Part shown: one piece after another, positions 1 to 10,091 of the stretch | Layout of the letters: every line of letters starts with the position of its first letter | How positions within the stretch are numbered: the stretch's first letter is position 1 | Source of the DNA: Planctomycetota bacterium | GTDB lineage: Bacteria > Planctomycetota > GCA-002687715 > DRQF01 | Assembly (NCBI GenBank): GCA_036479435.1 | Contig: JAZGFI010000099.1 | Span: 1 to 64,000, forward strand | Reading direction: 5' to 3' | DNA length: 64,000 bases | Position numbers and translations under genes: made by a program | Notes under the pieces: model-generated | The model's database searches: none | What the model saw: the letters and a program-made list of their open reading frames with translations, nothing else | What the model was told of the DNA's origin: nothing

Positions 1-34
1 CAGCTGGTGGTCGACCTTGGCCGGATGGGATTGG

Positions 35-62
35 GTACCCATAGGGTTTCGAACAAAGTTTC
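35..62 (-). promoter_or_regulatory. Candidate ECF-type promoter (GAAACT-N16-GGGTAC) pointing out of the left edge of the window
   Basis: Shares the 12-mer GAAACTTTGTTC and similar spacing with the motif upstream of the ECF sigma gene (39475-39501). Confidence 0.3.
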
Positions 63-129
63 AGATCTGACTAAGTCATTTCGTACTCCTTGACTGAGCT
101 TTCCCAGCGCACTGACGCCGTATAGCCGG

Positions 130-2493
130 TTAATTGAGGAGGGTGCGGAGTTGTTGGGCGACGGTGCGGCGGTCGAAGCGGTCGAGGATCTCCCGGCGAG
201 CGCGGGTGGCTTTTTGCTGGCTCTCTTGGGGGGAACTGGCGACGCGCTGCATGGTTTCGATGAGGTGTTCGATGCGGACTTCGGCCCAGTTTTGACCTTC
301 GAAGACCGAGGCTTCGCTGATCGCCGGAGCGCTCACGGGAACGAGATCGTAGTCCAAAAGCCAGGAGTTCTGGGCGTCCATGAAAGCGGTTTGACCGCTC
401 CAAGCGGTGCCGATCACGGGCGTTCCGGCGGCCATTGATTCGAAGAACGGTCGCCCCCAGCCCTCGCCGCGCGTGGGCATGACATAAGCGTCTGCAGAGG
501 CGAAAAGGCGCGACATGTCGGCGCCGGAGAGGTTCCAATCCAGGATTTCGATGTCGGCGACCTCGTCGAGTGAACGGCCGCATTGGGCCGCAGCCAATTC
601 GATCTGGCGCGAGATCTCGGCGAGGTCGTAGTTCAAAGAACTGTGCACCTTGAGCAAGAGCGTTACCTTGTCGCCGGCCTTGAAACTCTCGAGCCAAGCT
701 CGAATGAGAAGGTCCCAGCCTTTTCTAAGCGTCCAGTCAAAGACCGATAGGAACCGGAAGGTTCCCGATCCGGGCAGCGATAGGGGTTGATGGGGCTGCT
801 CGTAAACTCGGCGATCCAAAGCCTCGGGAAGCACTGAGATCTTGCTCGCAGGAATGCCGGCGCGTTCAAAAGTCTGCCGGTTGAATTCCGAGGGCACCCA
901 AAGTTCATCAAAAGTGTTGAAGCGTTCGACCCAGCGCTGCGGCAAGCCATCGGTCTCAAACATCGCGCGCAAGACATTGCGATCGGCGGCGGGGATGGCC
1001 TGACTGACCGCGGGCAGGGTGTGATGCACCGCGGTGAAACTGCGCTCCAAAGGAAGACCGGCGAGCTCACTAAGGCGACTCTCTTCAGCCTCAGTTAGGT
1101 CCGCGAGGCCGTGTACCGATGCCGTGATCCCAGCCCGAACCGGGTATCCGATCTCGTCGAGTCCAAACAGATAGTGCCGGCCCTCCTCGGCGAAGCCACT
1201 GCGGCCACGCAGTGGATTGATCCAAGTACATTGGGCGCTCTTAGCGACCTGTCGATTGCGCGACCATGTGGCTCGGAACACTTGATCGCACTCTTCTTGT
1301 AGGCGGTCCGCCACCATCTCGCTGTGCCAGATCGTTCGCGCTTCTTTTTCCGCCAGCGCCGCTCGCCCCTTGGCCTCATCTCTGTTCTCAAAGACCCGCC
1401 GCATCAACTCCGCGGTGTGCCGCCTACAGGGTGACGCCCAAAGGTGATCGGATTCGTAGTAGGCGTTGGCTTTGGTGAACGCCGCCGGGACCAACTCGAG
1501 TGAAGGTACGTCAATGAGATAGCTGTTGTTGTCGTGCAGAAAGTCGAGCTGCCCACCCCATCGCGTGCCGATGACCGGCAATCCGCAGGCCATCGCTTCG
1601 AGGTAGGGTAAGCCCCAGCCTTCGCCACGGGTTGGCAGGACAAAGGCGTCCGCCGACCGGAAAAGCGTTGGCATTTCGCTTTCAGGTATAAAACGCTCGA
1701 TCATTTCGATCGGGGCGATGCTGTCTCGGCTTCGACCCCGTTTCGCCAAATAGGCATCTATTTGTTCTTTGGGACTCGGGTCGCCCTTACGCACGCCGCT
1801 CGCTCGGATTAGAAGCCGAACATCGTCTCGCGACTCGAAGGCTTCACACCAAGCATCAAGGAGAACATCCCAGCCCTTCCTCGGCGTCCACTCGAAGACC
1901 GACAAGAACACAAACTCCGAGCGCCGGGGGAAAGCCAATGGATCAAATGGAACATCGTAGGCCGACCAATCGAGACCATGGGGCAATAGCCCGATCTGTT
2001 CTTCCGGCACACCCTCTCGAATGAAAACGTCGCGGCAGTACTGGCTCGGCACCAACACGCGATCCAGCGCGGAAACGGCCTTGGCCCAGCCACTTGGCAG
2101 GCGGTCCGTTTCGAACATTGTGTAGCCGATGTGAGCGCTAAGCGAGGGGCTACGCGCCCGAAAATGCTCCATGATGTCGGCGCCGTTGTGAAGCAGAGGC
2201 ACGTGAAAACACAGGCCGACTCCACGTTCGACTCGCGTCGAAAGCATCTGGTTCCAAGCCGCTGCAAGCTGTTGATTCTGATTGAGCTCGGCGATGAAAC
2301 GATCGTTGGGCCCGACGTTCGTCGCCTCGATGACGACTCCTCGCCGGTGCATGGGCATGAGCACTTCGCGCGAGACTTTCGCGTAGCCACTGTAGTTGAA
2401 GATCGGTCCGTACCAGGAAATCGGGATAGCCGGCTTGCCTTTTGTCTTGGCCGAGATGTCTTGGGCCAACAGCCCTTGGGACGTCGTCGTCAT
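130..2493 (-). CDS. Tandem (two-domain) glycosyltransferase family 4 protein
   Basis: Two homologous halves, each with SG(Y/F)A, MFETD.LP..W, VPS, FLSVF(E/D)WT.RKGWD and PTRGEGWG.P..E.MA.G.PVIGT.W.GQ..F motifs typical of GT-B/GT4. Confidence 0.9.
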   Translation of the reverse strand: MTTTSQGLLAQDISAKTKGKPAIPISWYGPIFNYSGYAKVSREVLMPMHRRGVVIEATNVGPNDRFIAELNQNQQLAAAWNQMLSTRVERGVGLCFHVPLLHNGADIMEHFRARSPSLSAHIGYTMFETDRLPSGWAKAVSALDRVLVPSQYCRDVFIREGVPEEQIGLLPHGLDWSAYDVPFDPLAFPRRSEFVFLSVFEWTPRKGWDVLLDAWCEAFESRDDVRLLIRASGVRKGDPSPKEQIDAYLAKRGRSRDSIAPIEMIERFIPESEMPTLFRSADAFVLPTRGEGWGLPYLEAMACGLPVIGTRWGGQLDFLHDNNSYLIDVPSLELVPAAFTKANAYYESDHLWASPCRRHTAELMRRVFENRDEAKGRAALAEKEARTIWHSEMVADRLQEECDQVFRATWSRNRQVAKSAQCTWINPLRGRSGFAEEGRHYLFGLDEIGYPVRAGITASVHGLADLTEAEESRLSELAGLPLERSFTAVHHTLPAVSQAIPAADRNVLRAMFETDGLPQRWVERFNTFDELWVPSEFNRQTFERAGIPASKISVLPEALDRRVYEQPHQPLSLPGSGTFRFLSVFDWTLRKGWDLLIRAWLESFKAGDKVTLLLKVHSSLNYDLAEISRQIELAAAQCGRSLDEVADIEILDWNLSGADMSRLFASADAYVMPTRGEGWGRPFFESMAAGTPVIGTAWSGQTAFMDAQNSWLLDYDLVPVSAPAISEASVFEGQNWAEVRIEHLIETMQRVASSPQESQQKATRARREILDRFDRRTVAQQLRTLLN

Positions 2494-4361
2494 TGCGCGG
2501 CTTCTCCACTAGCCGCGACCAGATTCGACAGGTCTCGCCGAGCAAAGAACTCAATCGTTTCGGTCCACAGAACATCGCCCTCGGGTGCAAACCGGGACCC
2601 CGGCAGATCGCCACCGCTAACACAGATCATGAAACGCTCGACCCGCCTTAGGTGCGCATCTTCGGGGAAGCGTTTCATGCCATAGCGCATGACGTCCGCG
2701 GCCTCGGCGTAGTTTGAGCTACGCACAAGTTGAACTGATATGACCGCCAATTGGCTGGCGGTCTGCTGCGAAAGCTCGGTCAGCACCCAACGCGCCGACG
2801 GCCGTAGCGTCCGCAGCAAGGTGCGACGCCCAATCGAAGTGTAGCGTTCGTCGGCATGGATACACACCAAGCCTCTTGCCGACGCGACCTGAAACCCCAT
2901 GCCTTGGAGTCGCCGCGAAAAGTCAACGTCTTCCGCCTCGTTGAAGGCCAGCTCCTCGGACCATTCAGACGCCGCAAGGGCTCGACGCGAAATAAGCCAG
3001 CCACCACCGCCAGTGACGTAGCGAAATTCGTCTTGTTCTTCTGCGTCAAGAATGGCGTGCCCGCGAGGGCCGTCAATGGTGGTATGGTCCCAAAATCGAC
3101 TCCCGTCGGGCAAACGAACTTCAGAGCTCAATAGGTCCTTAGTGGGACGAAGGGCTTGGAGGTTCTCGTACCAGTCCTTAACCAGGAGAAAGTCATCGTC
3201 GAGGACCACGACCCAATCGCCGGTCGCGGCTTGAATGCACACATTGCGCAGAGGGCCCAGCCGTCCGCAGTCGGCCGCGGCCTCGGCTTTCACTTGACGA
3301 ATCCTGGGATCACTCGGTGGACGGCCGGCAACGATAATTTCGTAGCTCGGAATGCGCTGCGCTTCGATGCTGGAGATCAGCCGGCGCAATTTCTCCGGGC
3401 GTTCACCATTCGTGATGACACAAAAGCTCAACTTGCCTTCTCCAGGATTGACTCCCGAGTAGGGACCAAGCGATAGCGAAGCTTCGGGGAAGACCGCGGT
3501 TCTCCCCACAATGGCAGATAGGTCTACTTCGGTAACTTTGGCGCTCAGGCACCCGCGCGATGCCAAAGTCGCGCCGAAGGTTTCGAGAAAACTCTGAACT
3601 CGCCAGCGCGACGGACCATGAAGGGCTTCGAGCTCAAAGGTCGTGACAACCGGAACCCTCTGTTTGATTCTCCGCGTAATCTCTTCGAGGGTTTCGATAA
3701 AACGCGGAAGATCGCGATCCGCGTGGTCGTCGGCCAAGTCCCAGGCCTTAGTCTTCATCTCGTAGTGCAAGTCAAGGTCGATGCCCGGCAGCTGTAGCAC
3801 CGGTATCTCAATGATCTCGCCACCACCGGGGCTCAACAAATCGCAGCTGCCCTGTGCGGCACGCCAAGGGCTGGCCGGGAGCACCGGTTGCTCCAAGCGA
3901 TCCGGGCGCGCCGAGCTATCGATCTCAAAGCCCTGGGCAAGGAGTTCGGGCCCGAGAGCCGAGTCAAAATCCTCTACTTCCCCTCGAAAAACGAGCGGGT
4001 TGACTTGGAAGGCCCGGCGGAATGCAGCGACTCGTATCGCGATGCGGTCCGTTCTCGTGATAGATGCGGCATCAGCATCTTCGGTAAAGAGTCGAACTCC
4101 GACTTCGAGATTCGGAGCGGCCCGAAGGAGCTTGGTGATTTCAGGCGCCTCGAGGATCTCAAGACCACAGAAGACAGTCATCCGCCATAAAGAACGGTCG
4201 CCGAGCGTGAAAAGTCCTTGGACCATAGCCCGAGTGATGTCATTGAGGGCGGCGCGTTTGTCGCGGGGTGCGGCGGCGGCGACGCCGCGGCCAATGTCAA
4301 TCGTCGGAATCCAGGGGCGCCGATCGAGATGTGGCACCATTTCCGCGAGGGTACAGGTCAT
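2490..4361 (-). CDS. Glycosyltransferase family 2 domain protein with an N-terminal polysaccharide-deacetylase-like region
   Basis: LSFCVITNG..., RN.CIQAATGDWVVVLDDD and EDVDFSRRL GT-A motifs in the C-terminal half; 4-nt overlap with the GT4 gene. The N-terminal call is weaker. Confidence 0.7.
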   Translation of the reverse strand: MTCTLAEMVPHLDRRPWIPTIDIGRGVAAAAPRDKRAALNDITRAMVQGLFTLGDRSLWRMTVFCGLEILEAPEITKLLRAAPNLEVGVRLFTEDADAASITRTDRIAIRVAAFRRAFQVNPLVFRGEVEDFDSALGPELLAQGFEIDSSARPDRLEQPVLPASPWRAAQGSCDLLSPGGGEIIEIPVLQLPGIDLDLHYEMKTKAWDLADDHADRDLPRFIETLEEITRRIKQRVPVVTTFELEALHGPSRWRVQSFLETFGATLASRGCLSAKVTEVDLSAIVGRTAVFPEASLSLGPYSGVNPGEGKLSFCVITNGERPEKLRRLISSIEAQRIPSYEIIVAGRPPSDPRIRQVKAEAAADCGRLGPLRNVCIQAATGDWVVVLDDDFLLVKDWYENLQALRPTKDLLSSEVRLPDGSRFWDHTTIDGPRGHAILDAEEQDEFRYVTGGGGWLISRRALAASEWSEELAFNEAEDVDFSRRLQGMGFQVASARGLVCIHADERYTSIGRRTLLRTLRPSARWVLTELSQQTASQLAVISVQLVRSSNYAEAADVMRYGMKRFPEDAHLRRVERFMICVSGGDLPGSRFAPEGDVLWTETIEFFARRDLSNLVAASGEAAQ

Positions 4362-4807
4362 GCGAGCGTCCCCGTCAAGGCGACTCGCGTGAAAGCGAGT
4401 TCGTAGGCTCGAAACTCGCCATCGCCGTGCTCCAAGGCGCGAAAACTCGCCCCCTCCATGAGCAACCTCAGCTCAAAATCTTCGCGTGAAAGCGGATGGG
4501 CCGTCGCTTCGCCCGCATCGAATGCGCAAAGAACGCGCGGCAAGTGCCGGCCACAAAAAGTGAGGAGTGCAACCGGATCGTCGAGCGCCTCAAATGTTCC
4601 TAGATCGAAAACGACGGAAGCCTGCCGCCCCACGAGCGGAGCGAGTTGCTGCAACAGCTCCGCGGTTGTTCGCCCCGATTCTTTGCGCACACGCCAAGTG
4701 CTACGAGGCAAGCTGGTTTCCCTTAGCTGTCTCGCCATGGAGCCCAGGATCTTAGAACGCTCGGACGCGGGCGCCCTGGATATTGGTCGAGTCAACAAGT
4801 CCGACAC
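4358..4807 (-). CDS. Hypothetical protein (weak resemblance to a methyltransferase fragment), first gene of the GT operon
   Basis: GTG start; 4-nt overlap with the downstream GT2 gene; VFDLGTFEALDDP..LL segment. Confidence 0.5.
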   Translation of the reverse strand: MSDLLTRPISRAPASERSKILGSMARQLRETSLPRSTWRVRKESGRTTAELLQQLAPLVGRQASVVFDLGTFEALDDPVALLTFCGRHLPRVLCAFDAGEATAHPLSREDFELRLLMEGASFRALEHGDGEFRAYELAFTRVALTGTLA

Positions 4808-4890
4808 TCTCGCAAGAGGATTGTGATCATCGAGCGGTCGGGGTCAAAACGGCTTCTCGCAGCTTCCACCGGCACCGACCTGTGATCCTC

Positions 4891-4920
4891 TTATCGGCCA
4901 AATAGCGAATAAAAATTCAG
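4891..4920 (-). promoter_or_regulatory. Candidate sigma28 (FliA)-type promoter
   Basis: Minus strand CTGAAT-N16-GCCGATAA; perfect sigma28 -10 octamer about 85 nt upstream of the GT operon. Confidence 0.5.
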
Positions 4921-4960
4921 TGAGAAAACCTAAAACCCGGCCAAATCGTCACTTGCGGCG

Positions 4961-6694
4961 TCACCGCAGCGTGATTTTCGCGTAGTCCATGACGTAGCGG
5001 TTCCGAGTGTCCAAGCTCTTGATGCGGGGTCCCGTCACCACGCTGTCCTCGGGCCAGGCAATGAAGATCCAGGGGCAATCCTCCTGGAGGATCTTCAGCA
5101 TCTCTGCGAAAAGCTCGCCTCGGATCTCGCCCGGGGGAAGTTTGGAAGCGCGCTTGTAGAGCGCTTCATACTCGGGGCGCTTGTAGAATCCGATGTTGGG
5201 CGCATCGAAGGTCGTACCCGGCTTTGGAGAGTTCGCGGCGATCAACATGAGAAAGAAGTTCTCCGGATCGGGATAGTCCGCGAACCAGTAATTGACAGAG
5301 ATCTCCGTGATGCCCTTGCGAGCGCGATCGATGTACTTCGCGAAGGGTTGGATTCGAGCCTGAATGCGAACGCCGAGTTCCTTGAACGAGCGCTCAATGA
5401 TGGCGACCTCGAGCTTGGCGAGTTTGCCTTCGTAGGGGACATCCAGCACAAACTCGGGCATGCCCTTCCCCTCGGGATAGCCCGCCTCAGCGAGCAGCTT
5501 TCGGGCGCGTTTTAGGTCGCGTTTGCCGTAGGCCCAGGGGTAAGAAGCCTCGGGTGTCGCCATCGGAACCGAAGGCGGGACGATGTGATCGGCAAGCCGC
5601 GCGGCACCACGGTAGAACTGGCGACGGTAGGTACTGCGGTCGAGCGCCAACGCCAATGCCTGTCGTACTTTCTTTTTGGCCAGCACTTTGTTCTTCAGAT
5701 TGAAAGCGAGGTAGTGGAGTCGAGCCCCATCGCTGTGGACAACCTTCGATTTTAGGGGGCGCACAGACTTCTTGAGACGATTGAAGACGTTCAAGTATCG
5801 GCTGCGGTTGTTGGTATCGAGATCTAAGAAGTCAATGTCGCCAAGTTTGAAGCGCGACTCGATGTTCTTAGATGTTGGGACGATTTGAAAACGAACGCCA
5901 GCGTTACGTGGGTAGACACGGTCTTGACTTCGTTCGGGGCCGCCGCGATTCCAATACTTGGGGTTGGCGCGATAGACCAGCGCCTTCACGTCACTCGCAT
6001 TCGCATCAAAAAGATAGGGCCCAGTACCTACCGGGTTGTCGGCCAGCCCGCTGCCATAGGCACGGCGGGCCTCACTGGGAATCAAGGAGAAAAACGGCAT
6101 CGTCATAAGCGCCGAAAGCTGAGGGTAAGCCCGTGTCAACCAGATCTCCAACACCCGTTTGGATTTGATGCGAAGACCGCGGATCTTGCTTTCATAGTCG
6201 AGCGCACCCGCCGTCGCCGCTTCCGCCTGGTGGGCATCAAGGCCAATAATGCGGCCGGCGAAGTAGGCGCGGTAGTAAAGTGAACCGGTCGCGGGATCTG
6301 CGTGCCGCAAGATGGTGTGCACGAGATCGGAAGCCTCAACTTCCCGACCTCGGCCATCCTTGAAGCAAGCATCATCGGCAAAGCGCACACCTTTGCGAAG
6401 CGTCAAGGTCACCAAGCGACCGGACTCATCGATCTCTGGCAACTTCGCGAGCAGCTTCGGCACAATCTTCATCCGCTTTTGATCATCCATCTCGCAGGCC
6501 AGAGGTGTTTCGTAGCAAAGGCGGTAGAGAGGGCTCCAATAGGGATTGAAGACTTGAATGGGGTCTTGGCTCCTCGGAAAACCGAGGACGGCCTCATCCA
6601 AAAAGCGCCCGCGGCCCCCAGCGTCTTGTCCGACCAAGGGGATCGCCGCCAGGATTATCAGGATTGTGAAAAGAACAGCAGGGCGGCGATACAT
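4961..6694 (-). CDS. ABC transporter substrate-binding protein, family 5 (OppA/DppA-like)
   Basis: Signal peptide after MYRR; LRKGVRFADD, PVGTGPY, KVRQALALALDR, AR.LLAEAGYP.G and W.ADYPDPENF motifs. Start moved from 6790 to the ATG at 6694. Confidence 0.9.
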   Translation of the reverse strand: MYRRPAVLFTILIILAAIPLVGQDAGGRGRFLDEAVLGFPRSQDPIQVFNPYWSPLYRLCYETPLACEMDDQKRMKIVPKLLAKLPEIDESGRLVTLTLRKGVRFADDACFKDGRGREVEASDLVHTILRHADPATGSLYYRAYFAGRIIGLDAHQAEAATAGALDYESKIRGLRIKSKRVLEIWLTRAYPQLSALMTMPFFSLIPSEARRAYGSGLADNPVGTGPYLFDANASDVKALVYRANPKYWNRGGPERSQDRVYPRNAGVRFQIVPTSKNIESRFKLGDIDFLDLDTNNRSRYLNVFNRLKKSVRPLKSKVVHSDGARLHYLAFNLKNKVLAKKKVRQALALALDRSTYRRQFYRGAARLADHIVPPSVPMATPEASYPWAYGKRDLKRARKLLAEAGYPEGKGMPEFVLDVPYEGKLAKLEVAIIERSFKELGVRIQARIQPFAKYIDRARKGITEISVNYWFADYPDPENFFLMLIAANSPKPGTTFDAPNIGFYKRPEYEALYKRASKLPPGEIRGELFAEMLKILQEDCPWIFIAWPEDSVVTGPRIKSLDTRNRYVMDYAKITLR

Positions 6695-6879
6695 GGCAAT
6701 CTCCGGGGTTCTGTTGTCACCTTGAGGTAACACTGAGCGCGCAGGCTTCGGCTCCTGACCCGCGCGACACGACGCTTTCGCAATTAGCACGCCAATCTCT
6801 GCGCCCTTGGCAACGCAATCGCCGAATCCAGTGAATTGGGCGCGGCCGCTCGTTACCGTAGGCCCTGGACCAAGAGGAA

Positions 6880-8130
6880 ATGACCATGTTCGACAAGCTC
6901 CAAGCGCCGACAGAAGGCGAGCTCATCCGCGGTAACGGGACTCAAATTGAAGTTCCCAATCAGCCCATCATCCCCTTCATCCGCGGCGATGGCATCGGAC
7001 CTGATATCTGGGCGGCGGCCCAGCCGGTCTTCGATGCGGCGGTCGCCAAAGGCTACGCCGGCACGAAGAAGATCGCATGGTTTGAAATCTTTGCCGGTGA
7101 AGCCGCAATCGAGAAGTACGGCGAAGGAGTTTGGCTTCCCGAAGATACCTTGAAGGCTATTCGCCACTACATGGTCGCCATTAAGGGACCGTTGACGACG
7201 CCCGTGGGCGGCGGCATTCGCAGTCTCAACGTCCAGCTTCGCAAAGACCTCGATCTCTACTCCTGCGTTCGCCCCGTGCGTTGGTTCGACGGGGTTCCGG
7301 CCCCGGTCCGCGCACCTCAGGACCTCGACGTCATGATCTTTCGCGAGAACACCGAAGACGTCTACGCCGGCATGGAGTGGGCGGCAGAGAGTGAAGGCGC
7401 CGAGAAGCTAATAAAGTTTCTGCGCGAAGAAATGGGCGTGTCGCCCCGAGAGAAATCCGGCTTGGGCATCAAGCCCATGAGCGCCTTCGGTTCCAAGCGC
7501 CTCGTCAAGATGGCCATCGAGCACGCGATTGCGAACAGCCGAGAGTCGGTGACCTTGGTTCACAAGGGCAACATCATGAAGTTCACCGAAGGCGCCTTCA
7601 GAGATTGGGGCTACGAGGTCGCAGCAGATGAGTTTGGCGACCAAGTCATCACTGAAGATGAGGTCTGGAAAAAGCACGACGGCAAGACCCCCGCGGGCAA
7701 GATCTTGATCAAAGACCGCATTGCCGATGCGATGTTCCAACAACTACTTCTTCGTCCCGCCGAGTACGACGTCATCGCGACGTCAAACTTGAATGGCGAC
7801 TATTTGTCCGATGCCTGCGCCGCTCAAGTCGGCGGACTGGGATTGGCCCCCGGCGCCAACATCGGCGATCACGCCGCGCTCTTTGAAGCCACCCACGGCA
7901 CGGCTCCTAAGTACGCGGGCTTGGATAAAGTCAATCCGAGCTCCGTCATTCTCTCCGGCGCCATGATGCTTGAGCATCTCGGTTGGAAGGACGCCAGTGA
8001 TGCCATCGTTGCGTCGATCGCTACGACCATCGGTCAAAAGAAAGTCACTTACGATCTCGAACGGCAAATGGACGGCGCCACGCTCCTGAGTTGTTCGGCC
8101 TTCGGCAAAGCCGTCATCGAAAACCTCTAA
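6880..8130 (+). CDS. icd: NADP-dependent isocitrate dehydrogenase
   Basis: [60 protein letters not shown] and [12 protein letters not shown] match E. coli-type Icd; GAGG RBS. Confidence 0.97.
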   Translation: MTMFDKLQAPTEGELIRGNGTQIEVPNQPIIPFIRGDGIGPDIWAAAQPVFDAAVAKGYAGTKKIAWFEIFAGEAAIEKYGEGVWLPEDTLKAIRHYMVAIKGPLTTPVGGGIRSLNVQLRKDLDLYSCVRPVRWFDGVPAPVRAPQDLDVMIFRENTEDVYAGMEWAAESEGAEKLIKFLREEMGVSPREKSGLGIKPMSAFGSKRLVKMAIEHAIANSRESVTLVHKGNIMKFTEGAFRDWGYEVAADEFGDQVITEDEVWKKHDGKTPAGKILIKDRIADAMFQQLLLRPAEYDVIATSNLNGDYLSDACAAQVGGLGLAPGANIGDHAALFEATHGTAPKYAGLDKVNPSSVILSGAMMLEHLGWKDASDAIVASIATTIGQKKVTYDLERQMDGATLLSCSAFGKAVIENL

Positions 8131-8173
8131 CGGTATCTGAGAATCAGGTCGAAGTGAACTGGCGATAAAGTCT

Positions 8174-9964
8174 ATGGCGTCTTTGGTGGGAGAATTGATT
8201 CACGAGCGCTTTCGAGTCGTCGAGGAAATCGGCTCGGGGGCGACGGCGATCGTCTATCGCGCTTTCGACGAACTCGAGGAAAAGTCCCTAGCGCTGAAGG
8301 TCTTACGCCACACCATCCTCCACAGTGAAACTCCGGAGGCCATCAACGCGCAGCGCCGCTTTGATCGCGAGGCTCGGCTTATTCTCAGACTCGAACACTC
8401 TGATGTCACGCCTGCCTTCGTCTTTGCGGCGCTGACGCACGACCCTTGGTTTATCGCAATGGAGTTGATCGAAGGCGCTTCCCTACGAAAGCTCATCATC
8501 GATCACCCCAAAGGCATGTCGCCGGCGTTGTTCTTGGCCTTGGCTCACAAAGTCGCCTCTGGGCTGGAACGGATTCACACCGCACGAATTCTCCACCGCG
8601 ATCTTGCGCCCGAGAACATTATTGCGACTCTGAACTCGGACGGTGAGATCGCCACACGATTCCTTGATTTTGGATTCGGCCGACCAATTGAAGCCGAACT
8701 TGACCCGGTGACCAAAACCACCACGATCGCTGGCACACCGCAATACTTGGCACCGGAGCAGACTCAAAGCCTGGACATCACCGAGCGGGCCGACGTCTAC
8801 GCCCTCGGCTGCATACTCTTTGAACTGGTAACGGGTCGCGTACCGATTCCGGTGCGCAGCATCGCTGAGATCGCCCGCATTCGCAACGAAATACCGCCGC
8901 CCCTGGCCACCTTGCCAACCGCACACTGGATGTCCGACTCCCTGTCCAAAATCATCGATTCCTGCCTCCACAAAAATCCCGGTGACCGCCCCTCGCTGTT
9001 TAGGATCAACTCCGTGATGGAGAGCCACTTGGAACGGCCGGAGTGGCGCCGCAGCGGTGCGGAGCTGCTAACGAGAGCCTTACTGCCAAAGAACTCGGCC
9101 AGTGACTCCGTCGCGGCGACGCTTGAGCCGGATCAGAGATTTGGACCCTGGCGGCTGCTTGAAAAGCTCTTTCGCCAGCCGGATGCAACGACCTGGTCCG
9201 CCTACAATGAAGAACGGCAGCTCAGCGCTGCGCTCGTCATTTTTGATCGCGAACCAGCCCTCGACCCGAGCCGCGAGCGAGCCGGCCGCCAGATGAAAGA
9301 ACGGCCTCAGCTTAAGCACAGCCAATCTTTGCGTGCCATTTCCTCTATCGACGGTTACGTCGTTTGGGATCAGGAATTCATCGAAGGTCGGACTCTTCGC
9401 GACATCATGGCACCACGGTTGCCTTTAGATGAAAACCGCGTCATGCAACTCGCCGCCGAACTAGCCGAGGCGCTGAGCGAGATACACAACGCGAAAAAAG
9501 GTCTGCTTCACGGTTACCTGAGTGCGGGACAGGTCCTCGTCGACGAATTTGACGGCGTAAAACTCCTCAATGGAGGCCGCCCCTTTGATTTCCAAACGCC
9601 CTCACCCTTCCAAGAATCAGCCGGTGATCGGTCTTTCTTTGCGCCCGAACGCCAGCTGGGGGGGCCTCCGACCGTGGCCGGCGACATTTGGAGTTTTGGT
9701 GCGCTTCTGCATTTGATGCTGTCGGGAACCGCCCCCTTTGAGGGTCCGCCCCTCGCCGTCGCTTGGCGGCAATGGAACGAATTGCCACAGGATGCCCTCG
9801 CGGACCGACCCGACTTCCAGATGCGGGGGCTGGGCGCCCTCGCCGCCCTTTGTCTTTCAAGGAAACCGCAGAGTCGGCCCGCTACAGGCGCTGTGCTGCT
9901 CCGCCTTCTGGGACAAGCGCTTGCCGACCGCAGCTGGAACGCCGAATCCCTTGGCAATTCCTGA
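8174..9964 (+). CDS. Ser/Thr protein kinase with a second, degenerate (pseudo)kinase domain
   Basis: Domain 1: IGSGATAIVY, ALKVL, HRDLAPEN, DFG, GTPQYLAPE, DVYALG. Domain 2 keeps EFIEG.TL, FFAPE, DIWSFG and G..PF but lacks the G-loop, catalytic Lys, HRD Asp and DFG. Confidence 0.88.
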   Translation: MASLVGELIHERFRVVEEIGSGATAIVYRAFDELEEKSLALKVLRHTILHSETPEAINAQRRFDREARLILRLEHSDVTPAFVFAALTHDPWFIAMELIEGASLRKLIIDHPKGMSPALFLALAHKVASGLERIHTARILHRDLAPENIIATLNSDGEIATRFLDFGFGRPIEAELDPVTKTTTIAGTPQYLAPEQTQSLDITERADVYALGCILFELVTGRVPIPVRSIAEIARIRNEIPPPLATLPTAHWMSDSLSKIIDSCLHKNPGDRPSLFRINSVMESHLERPEWRRSGAELLTRALLPKNSASDSVAATLEPDQRFGPWRLLEKLFRQPDATTWSAYNEERQLSAALVIFDREPALDPSRERAGRQMKERPQLKHSQSLRAISSIDGYVVWDQEFIEGRTLRDIMAPRLPLDENRVMQLAAELAEALSEIHNAKKGLLHGYLSAGQVLVDEFDGVKLLNGGRPFDFQTPSPFQESAGDRSFFAPERQLGGPPTVAGDIWSFGALLHLMLSGTAPFEGPPLAVAWRQWNELPQDALADRPDFQMRGLGALAALCLSRKPQSRPATGAVLLRLLGQALADRSWNAESLGNS

Positions 9965-9974
9965 AATACGTGAT

Positions 9975-10004
9975 TTGACAAGTCCCGGTCTAAGCTTTTA
10001 GTCT
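9975..10004 (+). promoter_or_regulatory. Candidate sigma70 promoter
   Basis: TTGACA-N18-TAGTCT upstream of the 10092 gene. Confidence 0.4.
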
Positions 10005-10091
10005 TGGGCCAGGCCTGCCGCAGAAGCCGTCAGCGACACGCGGAGAACCAAACAGAGTCCGCGACTTTTGACTCCTGAATGTGATGCATGA

